Below, in pieces: positions 1 through 10,645 of a stretch of DNA of 64,000 nucleotides. How positions within the stretch are numbered: the stretch's first letter is position 1; the number at the start of each line of letters is the position of its first letter. A program made the position numbers and the translations under genes. Origin of the DNA: Burkholderiales bacterium (lineage in GTDB: Bacteria > Patescibacteriota > Minisyncoccia > Phycocordibacterales > UBA9973); contig JAMPXW010000002.1 in assembly GCA_023701005.1 (NCBI GenBank), positions 113,053 through 177,052 of the forward strand, read 5' to 3'. The notes beneath the pieces are model-generated. The model made no database searches. It saw only the letters and a list, made by a program, of their open reading frames with translations, and was not told the DNA's origin.

Positions 1-30
1 CACCATGTCTTGTAATAAATTTTTTGCCAT
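1..30 (-). CDS. 5' end of a gene running off the window (MAKNLLQDMV...), unknown product
   Basis: ATG at 30-28, 9 nt after the stop of the upstream minus-strand ORF; frame open to the window edge. Confidence 0.5.
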   Translation of the reverse strand, partial: MAKNLLQDMV

Positions 31-39
31 AAATATATT

Positions 40-1215
40 TTAACAAATAAAACGATTAAGATAAATCGATTCTATAATGATAAATGGATCACGGTTAACA
101 TCATCTTTAAAAGATGTTACCCCATGCAAAATCTGTGCGTTTAAAAAAATAATTCTAAACTCTGACTCGGTTAAAGTATATTGATTAAATTGCTCTGTTT
201 TTATTATTTCTGAAAAGAAATCCGTTAATTCCTGATCAACAGTAATAAAAATAGTCGCTGGAATAGATATATCATCAGAAATATTTACCAATGATTCTTG
301 AAAAGCTTTTAGCCATTCCGTCTTTAATTTATTTATAACTGGTTCTAGCTTCTTCTCTACAGCTTCGGTCGCATGGCCATCTTTATACAAAGAAATTAGA
401 GATTTTGCTTCTCCTAAATCACAGGACAATTCACTAGCCACTTTACGTATCATAAAATTACGCCCTAAAGGAAATGAGATAGAATTACATAATATATCTT
501 TTTTGATCATAGATATATCTGTGACTTCTCCTGCTATATCTACTAAAAGAAAATCTTCTTGCTGAACAAACATGTCCCTAGACACTGTAAAAGAAGCCAT
601 TGCAAAAGAAGAAAATTTAATATCTATAAAATTAAAATGACTTAAAATAGCATTTTCTATTTTCTTTAAAATTTGTTCTGCACTCATGGAAATAAAAACA
701 ACCATTTCTATCTTTTTTGTTTTTTTATCAAATGGGTCAGAAGTAGAATATCCATTTAAAATAGTTTTCATATTTTTAAATTCAATAATACGTATCTTTT
801 TGTCTGTATCAACAAATTTTGCCATGTGTTCTTCTTCAAAGAAACTAATCTCTTTATCAATTAATTCATCAGCCAATTTGGGAGTAAAAACAAAAGGCAC
901 GTTTTTCTCTAATTTGATAGTCCTTGTTTGGGAAGCATACCAGGGGGAAGAAAGAACACAAGATATTTTAGATGGCTTACCTATGCCTGTAGTGCTTATT
1001 TTACTAACAACTTCTTTTAAAGCTTTTATAGTTAAAAAGAGAAATCTTTCACTGTCTATTTTGTCTTCAAAAATTATAGGTTCTCTAATAGAATAAATTA
1101 TTTTAGGAATTCCTCCTTTTTGTACTTCAAAAACAGCACCCCCTATCGAAGATGAACCAATATCAAAAATTACAGCCAATTCCTTTTCTCCTTTTTCTTT
1201 AGAAAAAATTCCCAT
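40..1215 (-). CDS. FtsA/PilM-like actin-fold protein
   Basis: N-terminal FDIGSSSIG phosphate-1-like motif, LVDIAGEVTDIS phosphate-2-like motif, and FPLGRNF...AKSL helix typical of FtsA/PilM. Confidence 0.6.
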   Translation of the reverse strand: MGIFSKEKGEKELAVIFDIGSSSIGGAVFEVQKGGIPKIIYSIREPIIFEDKIDSERFLFLTIKALKEVVSKISTTGIGKPSKISCVLSSPWYASQTRTIKLEKNVPFVFTPKLADELIDKEISFFEEEHMAKFVDTDKKIRIIEFKNMKTILNGYSTSDPFDKKTKKIEMVVFISMSAEQILKKIENAILSHFNFIDIKFSSFAMASFTVSRDMFVQQEDFLLVDIAGEVTDISMIKKDILCNSISFPLGRNFMIRKVASELSCDLGEAKSLISLYKDGHATEAVEKKLEPVINKLKTEWLKAFQESLVNISDDISIPATIFITVDQELTDFFSEIIKTEQFNQYTLTESEFRIIFLNAQILHGVTSFKDDVNRDPFIIIESIYLNRFIC

Positions 1216-1249
1216 ATATTAAATTATATCACAAAAATAAATCAAAAAA

Positions 1250-2893
1250 CTATAAAAGCACAGCCTTTATGCGTCTAACACCCGCCGAGACAGCTTCTTC
1301 TTTTTGAATTTTAAATTTCCCTAATTCACTGGTATTTGAGACATGTGGACCACCACAAAATTCTTTAGATACTGGTGTGCCATTTTCATCTTCTATAAAA
1401 TATACTGAAACGATATCTGGATATTTTGCTCCAAATTCCATCTCAGCTCCCAAACTTTGTGCTTCTGAAAGAGGCATTTCTTTTCGAACTACTACTAAAT
1501 TCTCATTTATCTTTTCATTAACAAAATCTTCCACTTTTTTCTTTTCTTCTTCTGTTAATTTATGATCACAAACAAAATCCATACGTAGACGTTCTTCTGT
1601 GATATTACTTCCCTTTTGTTTTATATTTTTATCGACAATATTCTGTAACCCAGCCAATAATAAATGGTGGGCCGTATGTAATTTGATCGTATTTTTATTA
1701 TGATTTGCCAAACCACCCTTAAACATACCAGCGGAAGATGTTTGTGATAATTTCTGATGTTCCACCATTTTTTTATTAAAATCTTCCAAATCTATTTCTA
1801 TACCTTTTTCTTTTGCTAATTCAAGAGTCAACTCTATAGGGAAACCATAAGTTGTAAACAAAATAAATGGATCTTGTCCTTTTTCAAATTCTTTAAGACC
1901 ATGATCTAAAGTTAATTTAAATTTATCAGCTTCTTTTTTTATCTCTCCTTTATCATTCAATAAATATATATTTTTATATTTATATATATTTTTATCAATT
2001 ATTTGTTCAAGTGGATCTTTAGAAAATCTTACAGCTCGACGAATCAATCGACGTAAAATATAACCACGTCCTGTGTTAGAAGGAACAACACCATCTGTAA
2101 TCATAAATAATGCTGCTTTTATATGATCAACAACTATTCTTTCTTCTTTGTTTTCTTCATTATTAAATAAATCTGTATCGTAAACACTTTTCTTTTTTTG
2201 TACGATAGAAACCAGACGCTCTAAGCCCATTCCAGTATCAATACCTAAAATATCTAATTTCTTTAACTTTGCTTCGCCTTTATCTAATTTTTCTCTAGAT
2301 CCATCACAAAAATATTCATTAAAAACTATGTTCCATATCTCTACATCTTCTCCATTAGCATTCTTACAATAAATTTCTGTCGTAGGACCACACGGACCAG
2401 CATCACCTGTCGGACCCCAAAAAACATCACTTCCTTCTTCTCTAATCTCTGTCATACCTAAATCTCTCCATATCTTTTCTGATTCATCATCCCTAGGTAC
2501 ATTTTCACTTCCTTTATAAATGGTTATATAAGATATATCCAAATTCATCTCTTTAGTTATAAATTCGTAAGCATATTCTATCGCTTCTTTTCTGCCATAT
2601 CCACCAAAGGAAAAATTGCCCAACATTTCAAAAAAAGTAAGATGGGATGAATCACCAACTTCTTCAATATCTCCTGTACGTATACATTTTTGAGTCGTTG
2701 TGACATTTACACTTCCAAAATCTTTTTCTGCATCTTTTGGATTAGTATAATATGGTTTAAATTGTTGCATTCCTGCTGTAGTAAAAAGTACAGAAGGATC
2801 ATTTTCTGGAATCAACGAAGAGGAAGGGATTATTTTATGCCCACGTGCTTCAAAAAATTTTAAAAATCTTGTCCTAATTTCATTTGATTCCAT
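1250..2893 (-). CDS. alaS: Alanine--tRNA ligase, short form without C-Ala domain
   Basis: DPSVLFTTAGMQQFK, HLTFFEMLGNFSFG, IDTGMGLER; editing motifs HTAHHLL and EFCGGPHV; ends at AGVRRIKA. Confidence 0.97.
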   Translation of the reverse strand: MESNEIRTRFLKFFEARGHKIIPSSSLIPENDPSVLFTTAGMQQFKPYYTNPKDAEKDFGSVNVTTTQKCIRTGDIEEVGDSSHLTFFEMLGNFSFGGYGRKEAIEYAYEFITKEMNLDISYITIYKGSENVPRDDESEKIWRDLGMTEIREEGSDVFWGPTGDAGPCGPTTEIYCKNANGEDVEIWNIVFNEYFCDGSREKLDKGEAKLKKLDILGIDTGMGLERLVSIVQKKKSVYDTDLFNNEENKEERIVVDHIKAALFMITDGVVPSNTGRGYILRRLIRRAVRFSKDPLEQIIDKNIYKYKNIYLLNDKGEIKKEADKFKLTLDHGLKEFEKGQDPFILFTTYGFPIELTLELAKEKGIEIDLEDFNKKMVEHQKLSQTSSAGMFKGGLANHNKNTIKLHTAHHLLLAGLQNIVDKNIKQKGSNITEERLRMDFVCDHKLTEEEKKKVEDFVNEKINENLVVVRKEMPLSEAQSLGAEMEFGAKYPDIVSVYFIEDENGTPVSKEFCGGPHVSNTSELGKFKIQKEEAVSAGVRRIKAVLL

Positions 2894-2909
2894 AGTAAAA
2901 ATAAAAATT

Positions 2910-3398
2910 TTATTTATTTATATTCTCGTTAGATATACGGCGAATGGGTTGCTCTAAAATTCCCATTACAATAAAAATAATTAATATCAATATTGTAGCA
3001 ATAATCGCTAAATTAAAAAATCCAAAACCTACTGCCATGCCTATACCTGCCGTAACCCACAAACCTCCTGCGGTAGTAAGACCTATCAATCTATCTCCCT
3101 GCATTATTATCAAACCAGCACTCAAAAAACCAACACCCATTATAATATTTGCTGGCATCATTCCTGGATTAAAACCACTTACTCCTGAATATTTTTGTGA
3201 CAAAAACTCTGAAACTATAACAAATAAAGTCGCCCCCATAGCTACCAGAGAATGAGTCTTCATGCCTGCTTCTTTGTGAACAAAAAGGCGTTCTGCCCCG
3301 ATAAACATACCCAAAACAACTGCTACTGATAATTTTAAAATTATTTCACTATTTTGTGTAAAAAATTGTTCCATAAAAGCATTATATAACAATTCCAC
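2910..3398 (-). CDS. MgtC/SapB family membrane protein
   Basis: IGAER...AGMKTH, GVGFLSAG and GLTTAGGLW motifs; true start may be the second Met (MEQFF). Confidence 0.9.
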   Translation of the reverse strand: MELLYNAFMEQFFTQNSEIILKLSVAVVLGMFIGAERLFVHKEAGMKTHSLVAMGATLFVIVSEFLSQKYSGVSGFNPGMMPANIIMGVGFLSAGLIIMQGDRLIGLTTAGGLWVTAGIGMAVGFGFFNLAIIATILILIIFIVMGILEQPIRRISNENINK

Positions 3399-4584
3399 CT
3401 CCTAAACAAACATCTTTATCATATAGAACACAAGACTGACCACTAGCAATCAATATCGGTTTTTCAAATATCAGTTTCGCGGAAGCCGGGCTTCCGCAAA
3501 TTATTTTACAAGGTAAAAATTCACCATGATAACGAATCTGAGCAATATATTCTTTATCAGGTCTTGGAATATCAGAAATCCAATTTGTATCTTTAATTTT
3601 CACAAAATACAAAGCAGAGCTTTTTTCGGCATACGCAATGGTATTGTCTTTTATTGTTTCCAGGTTGGAGTGCGGGCCGTGAAAAAGCTGCTGCTTTGTA
3701 TTTTGTGATACATATAAAATATTCTTTTTTAAATCCTTAGCAACTACATAATAAGCTCCATCATTCGGACTCTTTTTTGTAATTGTAAAACCATGTCTCT
3801 CTCCTAAGGTGTGAAAAACAACACCGTTGTGATAACCAATAACCTCTCCAAAGTCAGGCCCTTTTAAAAATTTAAAGTCCGACCTTATTACTTTGCCTTT
3901 TTTTTCTTTTATATAATGTTTTAAAAAATCTTTCAAATCTACTGCCCCCAAAAAACAGATTCCTTGACTATCTTTCTTTTCCGCCACAGGTAATTTAAAT
4001 TTATTTGCTAATTTACGAACTTCAGATTTTTTTAAATGACCGATAGGAAACAAAATATTTTTTAATTGTTCTTGCTTAAGAGTCCAAAGAAAATAACTTT
4101 GATCTTTAGAAGGATCTATTCCCTTCTCTAAAAAATAAAAATTTTCTAAATTCTTAAGATCGGCCCTTTTTGAAGATTTAAAGGACGACTTTTGAAAATT
4201 TGTATTTTTTGCATAATGTCCTGTAGCCACATAGTCAGCTCCCATTTTGATAGCTTTTTTCAAGAAAGCACCAAATTTAACTTCTTTATTACACATCACA
4301 TCTGGATTAGGAGTTCTTCCCATTTTGTATTCAGATATCATATAATCTGCAACCTCTTTTTTGTAAACATCTGAAAGATCAAAAGTCAAAAATGGAATAT
4401 CTAAAAAAGTAGCCACACGCATGGCATCGAGTCTTTCCTCTTCTTCATTGCATTCTAAAAAATCTGGATGCCACGTACGTATAAAAACACCAACGACTTC
4501 ATAACCTTGTCGTTTTAATAAAGCTGCTGAGACAGCACTATCTACACCCCCAGAAAGACCAACAAAAACTACCTTTTTCTCCAT
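3382..4584 (-). CDS. mnmA: tRNA-specific 2-thiouridylase MnmA carrying four palindrome-derived insertions
   Basis: SGGVDS, TPNPDVMCN, ATGHY, KDQSYFL, DSQGICF, SGQSCVLY. Confidence 0.97.
   Translation of the reverse strand: MEKKVVFVGLSGGVDSAVSAALLKRQGYEVVGVFIRTWHPDFLECNEEEERLDAMRVATFLDIPFLTFDLSDVYKKEVADYMISEYKMGRTPNPDVMCNKEVKFGAFLKKAIKMGADYVATGHYAKNTNFQKSSFKSSKRADLKNLENFYFLEKGIDPSKDQSYFLWTLKQEQLKNILFPIGHLKKSEVRKLANKFKLPVAEKKDSQGICFLGAVDLKDFLKHYIKEKKGKVIRSDFKFLKGPDFGEVIGYHNGVVFHTLGERHGFTITKKSPNDGAYYVVAKDLKKNILYVSQNTKQQLFHGPHSNLETIKDNTIAYAEKSSALYFVKIKDTNWISDIPRPDKEYIAQIRYHGEFLPCKIICGSPASAKLIFEKPILIASGQSCVLYDKDVCLGGGIVI
3600..3708. repeat. Long hairpin element, copy A, in frame within mnmA
   Basis: Arms cacaaaatacaaagcag-agctttttt-cggc and gccg-t-gaaaaagct-g-ctgctttgtattttgtg. 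Confidence 0.85.
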
Positions 4585-4599
4585 AATTTCTTCTTTTTA

Positions 4600-4698
4600 C
4601 AAAATAAAATAATGCTTTCTTTGGCATATGCAATATTAGTTTCGTTAACCACATTCAGATTCGTGTGCGAGCCATGAGAAAGCAGTTATTTTATTTTG
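4600..4698. repeat. Long hairpin element, copy B, intergenic upstream of mnmA
   Basis: Arms caaaataaaataa-tgctttctt-tggc and gcca-t-gagaaagca-g-ttattttattttg; same core and bulge geometry as copy A. Confidence 0.85.
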
Positions 4699-4717
4699 GA
4701 TATTTTATATTTTGATA

Positions 4718-5245
4718 CTACAATTTCATTAATTTTTTGTAAAGCTCATATGTAGCATAAGCATCCGATAAAGCACTATGAGCTTTTTTGTTTTCTATCT
4801 CAAAATGTTTACACAATTCTCTCAAAGAAAAATGTGTTATATCTTTCTTGTGGTTTAATTTAGCCCAAGCTATAGAGATGGTATCAAGCTTATGATAATG
4901 CATGCTATTTTTTATTCCAGTTTTGGAAAAACTAAAATCCAAAAAACTTGAATCAAAAGATACATTTTGACCAACCATAATACAATCAGTAACTTTTTTG
5001 GAGAAAATTTTCATTGCCTCTTTTAAAGACATAGCCTCTTCCCAATCTTTTGGACTATAATGATTTATCTTTAGAGAGACAGGGTCCGCATTTTCTATAT
5101 TCTCTGGTTTTATTTTTAATTCAAATTTTTCAATCACCTCTAAGTCTTGAGCCACAATCACACAACCAATCTCAATAATCTCATGTTTTAAGACATCTAA
5201 TCCCGTGGCTTCTATATCAACAAAAGCTAAATTGTGTTTTCTCAT
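4718..5245 (-). CDS. DEDDh 3'-5' exonuclease (DnaQ/epsilon-like)
   Basis: VDIEATG, GQNVSFD, LDT and AHSALSDA motifs. Confidence 0.9.
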   Translation of the reverse strand: MRKHNLAFVDIEATGLDVLKHEIIEIGCVIVAQDLEVIEKFELKIKPENIENADPVSLKINHYSPKDWEEAMSLKEAMKIFSKKVTDCIMVGQNVSFDSSFLDFSFSKTGIKNSMHYHKLDTISIAWAKLNHKKDITHFSLRELCKHFEIENKKAHSALSDAYATYELYKKLMKL

Positions 5246-5257
5246 AATTTTAATTTT

Positions 5258-6214
5258 TTATTTTAAATATTTTTGTTTATTTATTTTATGTTCCTCAAAA
5301 GTCCTAGCAAAATGTACTTGGCCTTCTTTGCCATGCAAATAATAAAGATAAGAAGAATTCATCGGATTTATGGCCGCTTCGATAGCTTCTATCCCCGGAT
5401 TCGAAATAGGACTAGAGGGCAAACCTTTTGTTTTATATGTACTTGGCTCAGCATCTACCTGCAAAGGCATGCCAATAGAAATTCTCTTCCACAAAATCCC
5501 CGAGATCAACTTCCTGTCTTCATCTCCTTTAGATTCTTTTTCTAATATAGAAGCCATCGTTATTATATCTTTTTCTGTTTTCTTAGAAATATCTATTTTG
5601 GATTTAAACAATGCGATTTTTTTCTGAAAATTATTACTCATATATTCAATAACTTCTTCTTCTGTGTCTGTTGTTAAGAAAAAATAAGTATCAGGGAAAA
5701 GATATCCTTCTCTTGCTTTGGTCAAAAATTTATCTTTATCGAAATTAGGTAATTTAGTATCAAAAAGTTTTGATATCTCCATGAGATTAAAACCTTCAGG
5801 AACTGTGACTTTCACTGGAAGAAGGTTGTGTTCACCATTTGCTATACGTTTAGCTATCTCAAAAACAAATAATCTGTCTTCAAACATATAATCTCCAGAT
5901 TCAATATGTTTTTCTCCATCAAAAATTATGACAAATGTTTCGAAAATAGCTCTAGATTTTATAATATTATTTTTTTCTAAATCCCTAGACAAAGACCTAA
6001 GGCTAGAACCCTCTTTTATATTTATTATTTTTCCTACCGGGAAATCTTTAGGCACACTAAAAAAAAGAACATAAATAAAAAGAAGAAAAACGATAAAAAG
6101 GAGAAAATAAAACAATATCTTCTTTTGAAGAAATTTATTATTACCAAACTTGGACATTGAATGTCCAAGTGCTCCAAAATCTTGTATTTTATCTTCTTTA
6201 TTAAAATCTTCCAT
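5258..6214 (-). CDS. mltG: Endolytic transglycosylase MltG
   Basis: N-terminal TM, TVPEGF, EGYLFPDTY, MASILEKE, GLPSSPISNPG, YLYYL. Confidence 0.93.
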   Translation of the reverse strand: MEDFNKEDKIQDFGALGHSMSKFGNNKFLQKKILFYFLLFIVFLLFIYVLFFSVPKDFPVGKIINIKEGSSLRSLSRDLEKNNIIKSRAIFETFVIIFDGEKHIESGDYMFEDRLFVFEIAKRIANGEHNLLPVKVTVPEGFNLMEISKLFDTKLPNFDKDKFLTKAREGYLFPDTYFFLTTDTEEEVIEYMSNNFQKKIALFKSKIDISKKTEKDIITMASILEKESKGDEDRKLISGILWKRISIGMPLQVDAEPSTYKTKGLPSSPISNPGIEAIEAAINPMNSSYLYYLHGKEGQVHFARTFEEHKINKQKYLK

Positions 6215-6217
6215 ATA

Positions 6218-7516
6218 TTACATAGGTAAATTTGTAGGAGGAGAAGCTTCTTTTGATTCTATACGTTCCAAAGTAGGAACTTTCAATATCTGACCTGGGA
6301 AATGCCACAAAGTAGCTAGCTCTTCTGTGTTTAGTACATTTATGTGATGATGAAAAAAGTTTGGGAATATTAAAGGTGAAAGAGGCCAGGGTAAACTTAT
6401 CTTATGACGCATTGGTGGATGAAAAAATTCTCTCTCTTGATATTCCAAAAGCATTCTGTTTGCCAAACGTGCTATCTTTTTACTAGATAAGGGAAAAAAT
6501 TCAGCAATCTTATTTGTAGAAAATGCATCTGCTTGAGTAGAATTAATACGCTCAAGTTGATTCAAAAAAGGAGCTGCATATTGTCTAAATATAAGACGGA
6601 TATTTCTTCTATTACTCATATTAAACAGTTCCCTTTTTGCAACATAACAAACCCTGATGCCTGTATCAAAACCAACTTTCATAAATTTACGTCCAGCACC
6701 TTTAACCATTTCACTCATAAAATCAGGCGCACGAATTTCTTTTGCTTTTGTACCATCTGGTCTATCATGCAAACGAGTGAATTCTGCTAAAGATTTCCTA
6801 ATTTGTAATTCTGATTCTTTTACCCAATCATGTGTCTTTGTAAATGGTCCTGCGTGCTCTGGGTATTCTTTCTTTGAAGGTCTCACTACTATCTGCATCC
6901 ACATTTGTTCTCCTTTGCCTATAGAACCAAAAAGCTCTACGACAGGCGTGATAGGATCTACTTTATATTCTTCTTTGGGATCTTTATCTAAACCAAAATC
7001 AATATATGTCTTAATAGGAAAAGCGTCCGGTTTTGCTAACTTAAATTCACAACCCCAAAGATTCCATTTACTATCAAGTGTTATCTCGTCGACAGCTAAA
7101 GTATAATCTTCAACTACTTTCACTTGAGCCTGAGGAAATTGAGCATACATCTGAGTCTCAATAAGACTCTTGACACGCGTTGGTGTACGTATATAAAAAT
7201 GCACTTGTCCATCGATAGAAGCTATTTCCAAAGAAAACCAAAACCACACAGCACCTTGCCAATATGTCTCAAGTCCACTTTTATTACTCATATGATAAAG
7301 CGCATTAGTTATAAAAAGCTCCATTGCTTTTGGAGATCTCACAACATCTCTTGGAGGAACTATTTCAAGTAACACCCAATCAATACCAGAAATAAAATCT
7401 GCTCTCACGTAATGAAGCCAGAAAGCATGAGCCATATATGCCAAAACAGCTGTACCAAAAAAAGGTAAGATTGCTAATAAGATTTTATAAATCCATAAGA
7501 TTATCAAATCTATCAT
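6218..7516 (-). CDS. Conserved CPR membrane-anchored protein resembling the N-terminal region of CPR secretion/coupling-type proteins
   Basis: N-terminal TM; LLEIVPP, FSLEIAS, AQFPQAQV..VEDY and LNTEELATLWHFP motifs; no P-loop. Confidence 0.55.
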   Translation of the reverse strand: MIDLIILWIYKILLAILPFFGTAVLAYMAHAFWLHYVRADFISGIDWVLLEIVPPRDVVRSPKAMELFITNALYHMSNKSGLETYWQGAVWFWFSLEIASIDGQVHFYIRTPTRVKSLIETQMYAQFPQAQVKVVEDYTLAVDEITLDSKWNLWGCEFKLAKPDAFPIKTYIDFGLDKDPKEEYKVDPITPVVELFGSIGKGEQMWMQIVVRPSKKEYPEHAGPFTKTHDWVKESELQIRKSLAEFTRLHDRPDGTKAKEIRAPDFMSEMVKGAGRKFMKVGFDTGIRVCYVAKRELFNMSNRRNIRLIFRQYAAPFLNQLERINSTQADAFSTNKIAEFFPLSSKKIARLANRMLLEYQEREFFHPPMRHKISLPWPLSPLIFPNFFHHHINVLNTEELATLWHFPGQILKVPTLERIESKEASPPTNLPM

Positions 7517-7552
7517 TCTTTATATTTTAATATAAAGCACATCTAAAGTAAA

Positions 7553-7590
7553 TAAAAAAACCAAGCTTCTAAGCTTGGTCTTTTTATTTT
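7553..7590 (-). terminator. Intrinsic terminator
   Basis: accaagctt-ct-aagcttggt hairpin with A/T tracts. Confidence 0.65.
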
Positions 7591-7593
7591 AAT

Positions 7594-8622
7594 TTAAGCT
7601 AGAGTATAAAGTCCGTTTTTATTCTTTTTGAAAAATTTAGTATTTACAAGATTTACTAAAATTGTATTTTTCTTGAAGTATCTTTCTTTCATAACTTTCT
7701 CAACTACATCTTCTTTAGAAAGCGGCCCTTCTCTCTTTAAAATATCTTTTATTACGTCACGAGCTATGCCTGTCTTGTATCCCCATTCTGCTAGTGCATA
7801 CAAACCTCTACCTACTAAAACAAAACGAGAATCTTTAATGAGCTCATTGTGACAAGTAGCATAATGTGTCTTTCTGCCAAAAGTCTTTGATATAGCATCT
7901 GCTACTTCTTTGAAATGCATAGGTGAACCATGTTTTCTCATAACAAGAAAAGCGTAATCTTTAACTCCGCGAGTACGAACATTTGGTGAACTTGCCTTAC
8001 CCCATTCTCCTAATGGATTTTTAGAGATAGTTTTTGACATAGAAAGCCATCTTCGAGCTATCTCTTCATTGCGATAATGTTCTGCAACATCTTTCATGTG
8101 ATCAAAGAATTTCTTGATCATTTCTGTTTCCAAAACTAAATCTTCATCATTTAAAGTAGAAAAAAGTTTCTTTAAGGAATCGTGTACCTTATCAGCTATC
8201 TCATCATCAACACTCCAACGAACCTTAAAATGATCGTCTTCTCTGTGTTTTCTGAAATAATCTCCAAGTTCTAAATAAAAATGAATATGATTTTGAGTAT
8301 TTTTATCCTTAGAAACATGACTCAAAAGATCACTTTCTGAAACTATTGAACCCAAAGAGTGTATCAATTGCTTAAGTTCTTCAAAAATAGCTTGCTCCTC
8401 TTTGTAGACTGAAGATTTCTTGATCAATGCCAAAGCACTGTCTTCTATCTGACGAACCCTCTCTCTTGTTATGTTGTATTTTTTACCTATTTCTTCTAAG
8501 GTCTTTCTTTTTGCATCCGGAGTCAAACCAAAACGGTTCATGATCACATCACGTGTGCGATCTTGTAAGTGAGAAGTTATTTTTTTAGTGACTTGTTTTG
8601 GTTTAAAAGATATTGTTGACAT
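7594..8622 (-). CDS. Sigma70 region-4 HTH plus winged-helix (HARE-HTH/RNAP delta-like) protein
   Basis: RFGL...TLEEIGKKYNITRERVRQIE, PMHFKEV, HNELIKDSRFVLVGRGLYALAEWGY. Confidence 0.8.
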   Translation of the reverse strand: MSTISFKPKQVTKKITSHLQDRTRDVIMNRFGLTPDAKRKTLEEIGKKYNITRERVRQIEDSALALIKKSSVYKEEQAIFEELKQLIHSLGSIVSESDLLSHVSKDKNTQNHIHFYLELGDYFRKHREDDHFKVRWSVDDEIADKVHDSLKKLFSTLNDEDLVLETEMIKKFFDHMKDVAEHYRNEEIARRWLSMSKTISKNPLGEWGKASSPNVRTRGVKDYAFLVMRKHGSPMHFKEVADAISKTFGRKTHYATCHNELIKDSRFVLVGRGLYALAEWGYKTGIARDVIKDILKREGPLSKEDVVEKVMKERYFKKNTILVNLVNTKFFKKNKNGLYTLA

Positions 8623-8726
8623 AATTTTTTTAAAATAAATTTTTATTAAAGAAAATGTTAAATATTACATATATATAATACACCTTATTGACTTAAAGTC
8701 AAATTTTGTTTCCAAAATATAAATCT

Positions 8727-10538
8727 TTAAATCTTTTTCCCTCTACCTGCCCTTACTCTATCAATCTCAGTTAAATATTTCTTACGAATTCTTACTGATT
8801 TCGGAGTAACTTCTAAATATTCATCTCCATTCATTACCTCCAATCCTCTTTCTATGCTTAGAATAAAAGGTGGATTTAAATAAATAGCATCATCTGTACC
8901 TGAGGCTCGCATGTTTGTAAGCTGTTTACCTTTTGTCGGATTGACACTCATGTCATCACCCTTCAAAACATTACCTATAACCATACCTTCATATACCTCT
9001 GTACCATGCTCAACATACATAATACCACGTTCTTGTAAATTTGCAAGTGCAAAGGCTACAGCCTTTCCATGGACAATGGAAACCATAGACCCATACTCTC
9101 TTTTTTTGATCTCGTCTGCATATTTCTTAAAACCTATAACTCTAGAAGACATGATGCCCTCTCCTTTTGTATCTATGATAAATTCACCACGATAGCCCAA
9201 CAATCCTCGAGTTGGTATATCAAAAACGATTCTAGCAATACCCTCTTTTTCTGCCATACCACTCATGATGCCTCTCCTTTTACCTATTTTTTCAATAACA
9301 GTACCAGAAAATTCCATAGGCACGTCAATAACTAATTCTTCATATGGTTCTGTTTTTATTCCATTTTCTTCTTTGATAATTACTTCTGGTTGTGATACTT
9401 GCATTTCAAATCCTTCACGACGCATATTTTCTAAAAGAATAGCAATATGTAATTCGCCCCTACCATAAACTTTAAAGAACGAAGGCCCCATCTTGTCACC
9501 CTGGTCTGGAGAAAAATCAACCTTTAGTCCAACATTTATTTCTAATTCTTTTTCTAATCTTTCTTTGATTTGCCTAGAGGTAACATATTTACCTTCCTTG
9601 CCCGCAAAAGGAGAATCATTAACTAAAAAGTTTAGAGAAAGCGTTGGTTCATCTATGGCTATATGAGGAAGTTGTTCTACACTTTCATCTTCACAAATTG
9701 TCTCTCCTATATAAATATCTGGAATACCTGCCAAGAGTACTATATCTCCTGCTGTCGCAGAAGAAACCTCTTTTCTATTTATTCCTTCAAATGTGAAAAG
9801 TTTTGTTATCTTTCCTTTTCTATTATCTTTTTCTCCTTTCACAACAACTTCTTTTGCTGAACTAATCTCTCCAGAATATATTCTCGCCACAGCCATACGT
9901 CCCAAAAAATTATCATACCCTAGATTAAAAACTTGAGCAGACATTTTGCTTTCTCCTTGCAAAGAAGCTGGTGGAACATGTGTAAGCAACATATCTAAAA
10001 GTGGAGACAAATCTTCACTCTCATCGCCCAATTTCCTAAAAGCTTTTCCTTGACGTCCTATCGCATAAATAGTTTCAAAGTTTGCTTGTTCTTCATTTGC
10101 ACCTAGCTCAAAAAACAAATTTAGTACTTCTTCATGTACTCGATGAGGATCTGAAGCTGGCTTATCTATCTTATTTATTACTACTATTGGCTTTATTCCT
10201 AATTCCAATGATTTCTTTAAAACAAATCTTGTTTGTGGCATTGGCCCTTCTACCGCATCTACAAGCAACAAAACAGAATCAACAGCGCGAAGCACACGTT
10301 CTACTTCTGAACCGAAATCTGCGTGGCCGGGCGTATCAACGATATTGATCTTTGTGCCCTTGTACATTATAGAAGTATTTTTTGAATAAATAGTAATACC
10401 TCGCTCTTTTTCTAGAGCATTTGAATCCATCGAGATATTTTCATCTTGTAAGCCACCATTTTGCTTCATTAAAGCATCTGTGAGAGTCGTCTTTCCATGG
10501 TCGACGTGAGCAATGATTGCTATATTTCTGATTTCCAT
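8727..10538 (-). CDS. typA: Translational GTPase TypA/BipA
   Basis: [40 protein letters not shown]. Confidence 0.97.
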   Translation of the reverse strand: MEIRNIAIIAHVDHGKTTLTDALMKQNGGLQDENISMDSNALEKERGITIYSKNTSIMYKGTKINIVDTPGHADFGSEVERVLRAVDSVLLLVDAVEGPMPQTRFVLKKSLELGIKPIVVINKIDKPASDPHRVHEEVLNLFFELGANEEQANFETIYAIGRQGKAFRKLGDESEDLSPLLDMLLTHVPPASLQGESKMSAQVFNLGYDNFLGRMAVARIYSGEISSAKEVVVKGEKDNRKGKITKLFTFEGINRKEVSSATAGDIVLLAGIPDIYIGETICEDESVEQLPHIAIDEPTLSLNFLVNDSPFAGKEGKYVTSRQIKERLEKELEINVGLKVDFSPDQGDKMGPSFFKVYGRGELHIAILLENMRREGFEMQVSQPEVIIKEENGIKTEPYEELVIDVPMEFSGTVIEKIGKRRGIMSGMAEKEGIARIVFDIPTRGLLGYRGEFIIDTKGEGIMSSRVIGFKKYADEIKKREYGSMVSIVHGKAVAFALANLQERGIMYVEHGTEVYEGMVIGNVLKGDDMSVNPTKGKQLTNMRASGTDDAIYLNPPFILSIERGLEVMNGDEYLEVTPKSVRIRKKYLTEIDRVRAGRGKKI

Positions 10539-10645
10539 AAATTATTTTTTATTATCTTTATTTAAAAACACACATTAAACGAAAAAAGCCTTCAGGCCTT
10601 AATTTAGTTAAATTAACTATAGCATACTTTTTAAAAAAATACAAA

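Noticed and set aside
1250-2893. alaS as a truncated pseudogene
   Set aside because: Catalytic and editing motifs are intact; short AlaRS lacking C-Ala is usual in CPR
3600-4698. Hairpins as classical integron attC sites
   Set aside because: No RYYYAAC/GTTRRRY cores, no unpaired central spacer, no intI gene, and one copy lies inside a core gene; kept only as an analogy
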